In this document: one piece after another, positions 24,401 through 36,400 of the stretch
Numbering within the stretch: the stretch's first letter is position 1
Layout: each line of letters opens with the position of its first letter
Assembly (NCBI GenBank): GCA_964187785.1
Contig: OZ076415.1
Location: 34,286,001 to 34,350,000 of the forward strand
Source of the DNA: Amphiscolops sp. MND2022
Taxonomy: Eukaryota
Direction of reading: 5' to 3'
DNA: 64,000 bases
The notes under the pieces: generated by a model
Seen by the model: the letters and a program-made list of their open reading frames with translations, nothing else
Told to the model about the DNA's origin: nothing
Database searches by the model: none
Position numbers and translations under genes: made by a program

Positions 24401-27400
24401 TCATCTTTTTGTGATTTTTTCAGTTAAGAAAAGTGCTTTTTAACATCTTCCCCCTTGAAGATTGTTACTGTATACAAAAATTATCGAAGTGCCACTGCGC
24501 CTCTTGTTTATATAAACCACAGTCACCTCTCAGTATTACAAGTTTCAAATGATTTTTTACTGTTTCAGAAAGAAAGTGAAACTCGGGAAACCAGCACGAA
24601 ACAAGATTCTACTTTCGTTGAAGATGAAAGTTTCACTGAAACTACAGGGAAAGAGGAGAACAAAGACATAAACTCTTCTGCAGTATCCACACAAGACACA
24701 GAGCAGTCAGTTCCAATTGAGAGAAAACTATTGGCGGTTGAATCTGCAATCGGTCTGTCTGGGAACTTGCATGATGTTTCAACCACTTCGGCCTCTGAAA
24801 CCCAAAATACATCAACAGTGTCAGCAGCAAACGAATCAGTGAGATATTGTTTCAATTTCATGCATTTTCACGCGAATTTGAAGAAAAAAACATCGATTGA
24901 ATCTATAGTACACGAAGTTGAGATCCAATAGATACCAATAAATACTTCGTTATAAATGAATATGTGAAGAAACATCTTACAGAAAATCTGGAAAAGTATT
25001 AAAAAGTATTTTAATTTTCAGACCTCGCAGCTTTCGCAACGAGATGATGACAAGGAAAGTTCAAAATCGGACTCAGAAACAGATCAAGAATCAGAAAATG
25101 TTAGTCTTCATCACAAAATTCTGAAAATATTTAATAAATTGATATCGTTTTATGAATTTAATTAGCTGAAAATTTTGCTTCTTTTTTGAATTTTTTGCAT
25201 CTCTCTAATTCTTTCAGTGTTCAGATACCACTAAGACATGTGGTTGATTTCAATGATAATTTTGTAGTATCTTCAATAATTTTTTAAAATATTTTCTGTA
25301 GAAGCAGTCAAACCGTGTTGAGCTCAAAGAGGCTCAGAAGTTGTCTGTGGTGCAGATGTCTTCCGAGAGCGAGATGAACGACAGTCAAACTGTCCCAGAG
25401 GAAGACAAGAGTCGCATCAGTGCAGCTGAAATCAGTGACATCACTGAAGAGGTTACAATGTCTTCAGATTCATTTGAATGCTTCAAGTTTTATTATATTC
25501 GAAATTAGTGTAGAGCTTGGTAATGGAAAAAGATGCAGACATTCGTGAAGCTTTGGCAGTCTATATATTTCCAAGGCATAAAAACCAAGACAACATGGCG
25601 GAACTGGCATCAATAGGGCTCAACATTTGCCAATTTAAGGTATCAGGTTGAAGATACTAGAACCGGTCTTGGCGTCCTTATAAAAGGAACTTTTAATTCA
25701 TATTGAGAGACTGATAGTTATTAAACAATTATAGTATAGCTTGGAGTTTCATTTTCACGAAAAACATGTCCGTTAAAGTGGGTTTGTGAAAAACATACAT
25801 TGAGTTCGAAATCTCGTAGAATCATGAAATCGGAGCTATGAGTGATAGACAGTGGGATGCAACGATTCGACAATTAAAATTTTGCTATCACTAATTTTGT
25901 CATCATAATGCATCATCGCTTTTCAGCTCGACGAAGACAAACCCGTCGTTAAAGCCGAAGTTTTGCCGGAAGACGAAATCAGCGAGAGTGCAACTTCTAG
26001 CGACACTGAAGTTGAACCAGAAATAAAAGATACAAATGAAATAACAACCAACGAGCCAACAACGAACGATAATTCAGATGAGACGACAGTGAAAACAGTG
26101 ACAATCAAACAAGGCGCGCCCGAGGAACCTAATCTGCAAACTCAAATGGAAACTTCCTACGAGAAATTGAACGGGACTTACGAAATAGAAGCTGATACGT
26201 CGCTATCCACAGACAATGACGCAATATCAGAAAATTCCGATTCGGACGCAGAACCAGCTGAGTCAATGGAAGAGAGCGAACCAGAATCTGATAGCATTGA
26301 ACCAGCCGAGCCCGCAGATTTGAATGGTTTTGTTGTGAGGTTTGATTCAACTGTGGAGTCGAGCCAGCTTTCGGTGATTAAAGAGGAATCTTCGATAGGC
26401 GAAAGTACCGAACAGACAACTTCTCATCATACTTCAATGGCTTCAATTACAGACGATAAAAGTTTAACTCATCTCGAAGACTTCACAGAGCATTACAAAG
26501 ATGAAGACCACGAGATTATCCAAGTTATGAAGGGCTGGAATGTCATGTCAGGAGCTGAACCAGCTGATGGAGTTTCCGACGATGACCTGATGGACTTCAT
26601 TCCTTGGCTTGAGGTCAAGCACGAAATGGAAAATATGGAAGAATTGGAACAGCCCCAAAAGGAGGACATGACACGATTCATGATCGTGGAAGACCCCATT
26701 GAGCCTGAGCATATGTTTAACATCGACTGTGGGGTTGCTTCTGGTGATGACGATAATGCCATTGAACTTTTTGAGCCTTTTGCGTATCCAGTTTTAGAGG
26801 ACGAAGACTTGCGGTTGCATAAAATACCTCCAAGGTTGCAAGCCATGGAGCTAGAGATACCAGTTGTAGCTGCACCTAGTAAACTCGAAAGCGAAATGTC
26901 TGGATTTAGCTCCGGAGAAGAAGATGCCAGCTCTATTGTGGATGACAATGAAACCAAACAAAACGAAGATAATATCAGCCAGAAGCCCGACAAAAAATCA
27001 TTGAGTAAAGAGTCCGATGAAAGTTTTGACGTTCCAAGCTTGGATGATGTTTTAAGAGCCCATTCAAGGAGTGAACTATATGACCCTCAAGCGATGAAAA
27101 CTGGGCAGCTTGAGCAATCTACAAAAGACAATACTTCTTCCCAAGAGGTTTCTGAAACGAAGAGTGAGCCAACTGAACAAAAAAGGGAAGAAGTCGAAAA
27201 TTCAACTCTAGAAGAATCAGCTTTGACCGCGGGTTTTGACGAAGAAAAAACTGATCAAGTTATTCCAGTTGTTTTTCCAGGAGCACAAATTGAGAATGAA
27301 CCAGATCAAGTTCATAGAAAAGAAGAATCATTACTTAAAACAGAAGAACAGAACTTAGAAGTTCCACCCAATGAAATCTCAGCTGACGATGTCTATGATG

Positions 27401-30400
27401 AGCTGCAGAGTTCCAAAATGTCAGAAAAGTCCTCGAGTGATGAACAGAGTTTTAAAGATCAAGTTCAACGACCACTTGTCAACAATCAAGAAACTCTGGA
27501 ATCACAAAACACGACAAATGAACAACCAGATGATTCTGAATCTGGTTCAGATCTTATACAACCCAAAGTAGATACGATCAATCAAACGGAAGAATCAAGA
27601 AATACTACTGCAGTCACTGAAACTTCCGACTCAGATTCGAGTGGGCAACTTATCAAAGCTGAAGAACCAAATCAAACCACGGAATCAGAATCAACTAAAG
27701 AGAAGTCTTCTAAAGTTGAAAATGCTGATACTACAGCGGAAACGTCCGGTGAGTTAAGGAATGATATTCCTGAGCGCGAAACTTCTGTTGATCAAATCAA
27801 TGAAGTTGTAGGCGAAAACGTATTAGTCGAGTCAGAACTGCAACCTGTAGAATCTGAGAAGCCAAACCTTTTGGTCGCATCGGAAATGGTTTACGATAAA
27901 CCTCAAATTGAACTTCAGAAAGATAACGAATCTGAAGATGAAGAATCAGACGAATCCAAGTCAGATCAGCAAGAAATTAAAGTTTCTGCTTCTGATGTTT
28001 TGCCTACTCATGAACGGGTAACTGACGCACGAAGCACAAATGAAGATTCGCAAGAAAACGAAACTACTATTTCAGAATCAGAAAAAGCTGGAGAAAATTC
28101 AGAAGCATCTTCGAAGAAATCTTCAACGTCATCTTCGGACTTTGAAAACCTGTCAAGTGATGCAAAAGACGAGCTCGTTCAAAAGAAACAAGAAGAGGCA
28201 GAAATTAAATTAGACGAACTGAATCCAATGGCCAAGCTGGAAAGTAGGAATGGCTTCGAAGTTGGAGGTGGCCTGGATAACTTGCCTCAAACTGACGATC
28301 TTCTGGAGATCCAGAGCGGATCCAGTTCAATGCTCCATGGAAAAGAAAAAGAGGAACTCAACGAGTCCGCTTCAGATTTTGTTCCTGAACTTGAAGCTTT
28401 TATTTCTAGCCCTATCGATAAAAGAGTTTTCGTCTTGGAAGCACCAGAAAATGCCAAAACTGAGAACCAGAATGAAAGTACTGCATCCACTGTTGAAGCA
28501 AGTTCAAAAACTGACCTCAAGCCAAAAGTTATTGACCCAACTACTGATGGTCAATCGGAATCCCAGGACGAGAGTGATGTCAAAGATGAAACTCTTAAAG
28601 AAGGGGAAAAACGTTCAAAGAAGTCAACGACAATGGAAGAATCAGAGTTGTTCGAAACTGCTTCTGAATCTGAAGATCTTTCAACAGTTTCGGATAACAG
28701 TAACTTGGTATCTTTTCATGGAGATGATCAAATTGAAAAGTTTGAACCTGTTCAAGTTCAAGAAACTAATGACTTTACTCTGGAGCAAGTACCGGTCATG
28801 TCTGATATAGGTTTATATCAGACAGAAGATGTAGCATCTAATAAAGATGACCGTTTCCATCCAGTTGAAAAGTCCGCCTTTAAAGATATGAGTTCAAGCT
28901 CAGAAACTGCAAAAGAACCAACGGAAGGTGAAATTGAAGCGAGCATTGACAAATCAGTCGCGTCTGAAAAATCAACAGAAGAGTCCAAAGTTGAACAAGA
29001 AACCCATCATGTTGAAGAAAAATCGAAAGCGAATGAGAGTTCTGCAAACGATCAAGACGTTGAGAATACAGAAGCTTCAAAAGACGCGGAATCAAGTACC
29101 ACTTCTGATCAAGACTCAAGTTATAGTGAAGCTGTCGAGAGACCAGAAGTCTTGACTCCTCAAGTTGGTCAACAAAAAGATGGAGTCAGCCAGGGAGAAA
29201 TGAATTCAACTCAAGTCAGCGAGAGCTCTGAAAATCTAGAATCAAGTTCGGCTACTGAATCGGAGAAGATTGAGCCTAGACTTAGTAAAGATAAGATCAG
29301 TTCTGTTGCTGACAGTAGTTTTGATCCGGAAGACAAGGTTGAAATTGCTGCAGCAGAGAAGCCCATTGATGCAACTGATGAAACGAAAACGCTTGACTCG
29401 AGTGCTTTAAATCAGCGAAGTGAGTTACATGACTCATCAATGGAGGAAAGTAGAAATGTTACCAAGGACAAAGACTCCAGTTTTGAGGGAAGCGAAAGCA
29501 AACCTGGCGGTATTAACGAGGATACAACTGGAGTTGACGAGACTTCGAACAAAATTGATTCAAGTGTTGTGGATGATGCCCAAACTGTCGAAACAAAAGT
29601 AGTTGAAGTTGAAATTGTAGATGTAACAGTTGATAGTCGAAAAGATGAAAGTTCGGAATCTCTTGAGGAGGCATTGGACAAGCAAGGCTCTCAAACACTT
29701 TCAGAAAATGATACATCAAAAGAAGCTGAAAGTAGTGCTGCTGAACTTGAAACAAAGCCCGAGGTAGAAGTATTGACAACACAAAATGAAAGTATCAACC
29801 AAACTTCTGACCTTTCCAAAAACGACATTTCTAACAAATCGAAAGATTCCGATCTTGATGAGTCAAAGGATGTCGAAGAAAACGCCCGGGAAACTTCAAG
29901 ACTGGATTCTGACATAACTGTTGAAGAAACTTCTGACCGGGATCAACCGGAGAACAAGAAAACTATAGAGGCGACTTCAACTCAGTTGGATTCCAGCGTT
30001 TCGTCCAATTCAGAAACAGGCGAGTACAAAGTTGCTTCTCAGAAAGATGATTCATCTGATTCAAATGACGACGAATCTGAAAAAGAAGCCGCATCCGCGA
30101 ACGAACAACTTGCTGCAAATGTAAGCTTGGAGGTGAAGAGCAATGAGGAAAACGCTCAAATTTCCATCGATGAAGCGGAAGACTTGATACAACCAGAGAG
30201 CGAACCTGAACTGCACGAGTACGAAGAGATCCTAGAAGCGGGAAGCAAGAAGTTTGCTGACATAATTATCAATGCAGATGTTGCTGAAGAAGAAAACATG
30301 CAAGTTCCGAGCTATGACATCAATGTTCAAAACCAAATGGAAGAAATTCAGGAAAAGTCTGATCATCTTCAGACCCGCCATGAAAGTGACGATGAATCAG

Positions 30401-33400
30401 TTTTATCTGATGAAAACAGCTCGACTTCTTCAAACGCAAATGAAGAAAAAAATGTTGTTTCTTTAGAGCAAGAGTTACTAAAAGCTGGATTCGTTACTCA
30501 AACTTCGGGAAATGACAGTGCTATGTCGCCAGAAAACGACAATGACAGCAATGCAAACGAGAAAGATCTTCTGGAGGAAGCACTAGACGATGATAAAGCT
30601 GAGTATGAAGTTCTTGTTGATGATGTTGTCAAATCTGAAAGCCATGACAACCAATTGGAAAGTGGGGTTTTGAACGCAGGTTTGAAACTTGAAGTTGTTG
30701 ACAAAGAAATTGATATTCCAAAGGACGTTTCTTCGACCGAAGATGATGCCAAAGTGAGCGAAGATATTGCCAATTTGTCGACAAACGACAAAAATTTGTC
30801 TGGATCGGAGGAAAAAGAAAGCGAAAAATCCCATGGCGAAAGCGGAAAAAGCTTGCAAAGCCCAGATGTTTCAAAGTCGAATGTTTCTGACGCTATAGAT
30901 GAAAGCCAGGATAACAAAACTGAAGATGAGCCATCAAAGTCTGATGACGTAAACCAGCTAAATAAGTTGCAAGCAGAGCCCGTTTCCAAGAGCGCAAACA
31001 CGACAATTGAGACCGAATCTGCTGTTGACAAAGAAAGCGATCTGGATGTTTCTATGGAGATAAGCCGAAATGTTGGGCCGGGTGAAAACCCATTGGCGCA
31101 ACTGAATGAACCGTTTGAAGGTCCATCAGCTGTTTCAGAAAGGAGGGAGTCTTTTGGATCTTCTGATGAATCCAAGAGAGACCAAAAGTCTGAGGCCAGT
31201 GAACAAGCGCCAGTGATCAAGCAGGCAGAAAGCTCATTCAGTGACACAGAATCTGAGTCAGAAGGAAATTCTGAAGCAGAAAAAGAAGAAAACGTGAACA
31301 GATCGCATTCTTCTGTTGAACAAAGTGAAGAACCAGTTGAAGAAGCGATTGTCGCTGAAAATGATATCAAAGATGATTTGATGGAAGTTCCGGCCGCTAC
31401 TGTTGATGCTGAAATGAACAAATCAGGAAATGAATCAACTGTATCTGATGCCGATGAAGGAAAGAATGAAGTCTCGTCTATTCTAATCGCAGCGATAGAT
31501 AAAGAAAATGCACCTTCAGATCGTTCAGATGAAAGTTCACGCAGTGACAATGAAGAAGAAGAACCGGAAAAGCCAACTGTGCCATTCGTTGAAGAGATGA
31601 GAGCACCACCTCAAGGTTCGAAGGACGAAGCGGACTCTTCGTTTGAAGCGTCTAAAAACGAAGAAGAAAAAGAAGGCGAGGAAGAAGAAATGAACGAATC
31701 TGATAGCTCTGACAACTCTAAAAACGAAGAAAAGTATGAAGTGACACCTTCAAAATCACAAATACCAGATTTTAACGTCGATCACTTTCTACTTGTCTCA
31801 AAAGTTGATACTGATCAAGTGACAACATCCCAGCATCCAAGTTTGGATGATATAACAAAAAAAGGCGAAGATCAAATAATAATCCCAGAATATTTTGTCG
31901 ATGTTTTTGCTGAAAACGCTGAAGAACAGGATGATTGGGAAATTGTTCAGGAAGATCTCGGAAGCCCAGATCCTAAATTGATCATACCCGCAAAAGATTA
32001 TTTGAAAGGGGTCTGTGACAATACTCCAGAGGAAGAAATTTCAGCCATTCAATTCGAAAACGATGTCGATGAGTCATTCCCATTCACTTATGACAAACTT
32101 GCTGAGGTGGAAGCTCCTTCGCGAAACGAAAGTTTGGATGAAAAGGTGCAAGTGGCTGAAAGGGCAGAGACTTTAGATTCTTCTGCCTCAAAGAAGCAGG
32201 ACGAAGCAGCAATTAAGGTTGATGACGATGATTCGGAAAACTTGTCAACTTATACTGAAAGTTCGACAACAGCTGAGTCTTCGGCAAATGTTTCTGGAGC
32301 CAATTTGTTGGAGGAGGAAATCAGAAAAAATGGCGAATCCAATTTGCAGGCAGCGCCAGTAGATTCAGATGTTCGTACCTCTGAAATGAAACAAGACGTG
32401 GATGAACTTCAGGGAAAAACATACGAAGAGATTCATCAAGTTGAAAGAGAAGAGAAGGAGGGAGAAACTGTTGATGATGTAGAAATTAACGACAATGTGG
32501 AAAAAGAGGAAGCATCTCCGGAGATTTATAAAGTTGAGAAAGAAACACCCTCTGATGACTCAGACAAGAGTTTAAGTCGTGAAGATTCCGTTGAAGAAGA
32601 GCTACCACCGGTTGAAAAACAAGAAGTAAAGGATGATAGCGATGATGAAGAAGAAAAAGGAGAAAAAGAAAAAGTTGATGTTGAGGCCAGTAAAGAGTCA
32701 CTTGTAGAAATTTCTTCAAAAGACTCGGACGAGGAAGAAGATCAAGATGCAGAAAACGAAGAATCAGAGGATGATAGAAAGGATGACCGTGGTGAAAAAG
32801 AATTTCAGCTACCGGATAGCGAAAGCGAAACAGAGCCAATTGTTGACCAAAGCGATATCTCCGAAAAAATTGATGTTGAAAAAGACATTTCGAAAGATTC
32901 TGTAGCCACAGTCGGAAGCGATCATTCTGGTCCTGCTGCTATTGATAATGTTGAACTATCAGCTACTCTTAAATCACCAGAAAATTATGCGAAAATTCCT
33001 CAAGAAAAAGAGAATAGTGACAGTGAATCAGATAATTCTGACACTGAAACCTCAAAGAGTGACGGTCAAGAAAAAGAAGCTACCCAAAATGTCACTGATG
33101 TTTCATCAAAACAGTCAGCTGCAAACGAAACAAGGGAGTTGATTGAAGCCATAGGAGATTCAGAAGACCCATTACAAACAGAACTCGTTGATGAAATCGA
33201 AGACAAACCGCCCAATGATTTATACAGAATGGATTCGAAAGAAAATGATGCATCTAATGATGATCTATCACAAGATGTTGAGGCCATGAAAAGTGAGGAA
33301 AAAGTAGATTTGATACCTGATCAAACAGGAGAAGACAGAACACCACAAGTTGTTGAGTCAGAAAGCGAAAACGAATTGACTGAAAAGGCAGCTGTTGACA

Positions 33401-36400
33401 ACGCCGTCGGGAAACCTGGAAAAGAAATGTCGACACACGATAACGAAGATGAAGATGTAAAAACTTCTACTGCAAGAGAAGAAGAAAAGTTCGTCGAAGA
33501 TACCAAGCATGATTCTGAGAGCGAAAGTTCTTCAGCTTCAGATGAAGAATCGGAAAAAGTTGAAGAAAAAGAAGACTACGAGACAAACGTTTCAAAGGAT
33601 GAAGATGCCCAACAGGAAAATGATGCCGAGACAAGTGAAATTCAAAGAGACTTCGATCGTAATAGAAGCGATATCTCGTTTGGTAAAGCTGAAGTTGAAA
33701 AACAAATTTCAAAGGATTCATTGGAATCGAGTAGTGTCGAATCCGATTCTAGAAATGAGAGCGAATCTGATGACAATGAAGATGAAAAACCAGCCAACGT
33801 GAACCAACTGAATGAAGAAAGTTCCGTTGAAGAAGCGATGCAACAAATTGGGAAAGAAAAGGAGGAGGAAAGAAAAGAAGAATCAGACGAAGAAGAAGAA
33901 GAAGAAGAAGAAGAAGAAGAAGAAGAAAAAGAATTAGACGAAGAAGAAGAAGAAGAAGAAGAAGAAGAAGAAGGAAAAGGGCAAGACAAAAAAGAAGAAG
34001 ATTACGAAAAAATGAAACCTAGTGAACAAAAACCGAGTGAATCATCAAGTTCAGAAAGTTCAGAGGAAGATGAAAAATTCATAGTGACTCAGTCGACGCC
34101 TAATATTCCAGATTTTGACGTAGACCTTTTCTTGACGGATCCGAAATCGGTGTCTGGAAAATCACAGGCCGCTTCATCAATCGCATACGATGCGAAAAAG
34201 TCTGATAAAGAGCAGTTGATCATTCCTGAATTCTTTGTTGATGTGTTTGCTGAAAATGCTGAAGAACAAGATGACTGGGTTATAGTCCAGGAAAATCTTG
34301 GAATCCCAGATCCAGGACTGATCATACCCGCTAAAGACTGGTCAAAAGAGGGTCACGAAGATAATCCAGAGGACAAAATTTCCGCCATTCAATTTGAAGA
34401 GGACGTTGATAATTCATTCCCATTCAGTTACGACAAATTGGCAGAACTGGAGAAGCTTTCTCCCCGTCCAAGTATTATTGAGAAAGCAGTCGAAGAGAAA
34501 GAACCGAATAATTTGGAGACCTCAGTTTCAAAGAAAGAAAGCAAAGCAGCCAGTGAAATTGATCACGATGATCTGGAGAATCTTTCGACATATTCCGAAG
34601 ACACTTCTGAAGCTGCGTCCTCGAAAAATACTTCAGGCGCCAATTTATTTGAAGATGAAATCGAAAATGTTGAAAATTCGAACAGCCTTCAAGCTGCATT
34701 ATCGTCGGTCTACAATAGAAGTTTATTTGATCCGGTAATTGATGAGTCTGGTACAATTTCGGTTAAACCATCCGAAATTAATAAACCCCAGTTGCCCACT
34801 GAATACGCTGAAACTCATCCAGAAGGCAAAGTAGAAGCTGAGATGTTGTCGAATTCTATGCGTCTCTTTGAGGTTTCTCCAACCAATGACACTGCTTTGC
34901 CGCTAGAGATCCCACTAGACAATTATGTACATGAAAAATCAGAAAAAAGAAAAGCTAGTTCGCATAGCGAAACTCTAAGCGATGATGAATCGGTACCAAC
35001 GGAACGAAATGAAGTTCCGCCAATGAGTGAAACGATCCGGTGTTTCATGGAAGCCAAGGGGTTCCATGGTACTTTGGAAAGTGATTCGAACATTGAACCC
35101 GATGACAGTCTAGCTGAGGAAAATACAAGTAATGACAGAAACAACATCGAGGGAAAAGATGATACACAAGTTTCGAAAGATTCGTTGGAATCAAATAGCA
35201 ATGAATCAGACGCGGATAGTGTTGAGAATGTGAAACAGTCAGAAGTTGTGCTAAGAAGTGATCATTCTGACAGTCAGAGTGATGAAAAGACGAAAGATAG
35301 ACGTTCCAGTGACTCAAACGAGTCTCAAAGCCAAGATTCCGACAGTGAAAAACAAAATGAAGACCTAAATCAGGAAACGGCAATTCAAGCACCGCAACCG
35401 GAAACTGTCAATGAGGTCGATAATGCATCTGGTAAAAGCGATGATTTTGAAAAACCGCCTATCGATTTCTACGAAAGTGAAAACAATTTTAATACAGAAA
35501 ATGAATCGGGATTTTCAATGCCTTCTAAGACTAAGCATTTCCAGCCGAAAAGTAGTGCTAATGTCAAACCATGGGAGTACCATTTCTCATCGAAAGGATC
35601 ACACGACACAGAGGAACCCCCTGAATCTAAATCCGATATACCTCAAAAATCTGGAACAGACGAGCTTTCAACAGCCAAAATTGAGGAACAACTTTCTAAT
35701 CTTGAAAAATTGGCAATGTATCCTCAACCTTTGACTGCGCCTGCTGAGTTTGAGGATGAAGCCAATAATGATAAAGATGTAGAAGAAGAGTTAAAAGATT
35801 CAGTAGTCGATGACATTCCGATTAATGCTGAAAGTCCTGTCCATCAGACGCTGGAATCGGCTCCAGCATTCTTAAGGACTTCGAGTCAAGAAAAATCATC
35901 AACTGAGGTTGAGAATGGAGTGATTGATTCTGAATCCAAAATAGTCGAAGACATTCTAAGCACTAACAATGACTGGACTCAACCTCTGGAATTAGCACCA
36001 GACTTCTTACCAACTACTACAAGTCAAGAAAAGCCAGAGATGACCCTTTTCGACTGGAGAAACTTCGATCTCCCAGTTCCATCAACAGATCCAGACTTGG
36101 ACTTCAATTTCAAAACCCCTGACAAGGAAAGCCCAAGCTTTGCAACTGGTATGACTCTTGATATGCCTTCTGAGAGAATACCAGAGAAACCAAATTCGGT
36201 TCTAAATCTGGTGGACCAGTTTGAAAAAGAGATTTCAGATCAACAAGTGAGCAAGCACCCGACTTTAAGGCCCGTTGTGAAGAAAAAACCGACCTTTTTG
36301 CCAATGGAGCCCACGTCCCAAGATGATGTTGTGTCAATGGAAGACAATGAATTGTCACAAAATCTCATGTCAACTCCCCAATTTGACCCTGAAAGTCTAC

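Noticed and set aside
31880-31925. FFAT motif in IPE[YF]FVDVFAE
   Set aside because: Spacing differs from EFFDAxE by an inserted residue; too weak to claim
26129-36358. Many Ser/Phe/Leu-rich antisense and alternate-frame ORFs (for example 30498-31550, 350 aa)
   Set aside because: Shadows of the GAA/TCA-rich giant exon; no independent coding signal
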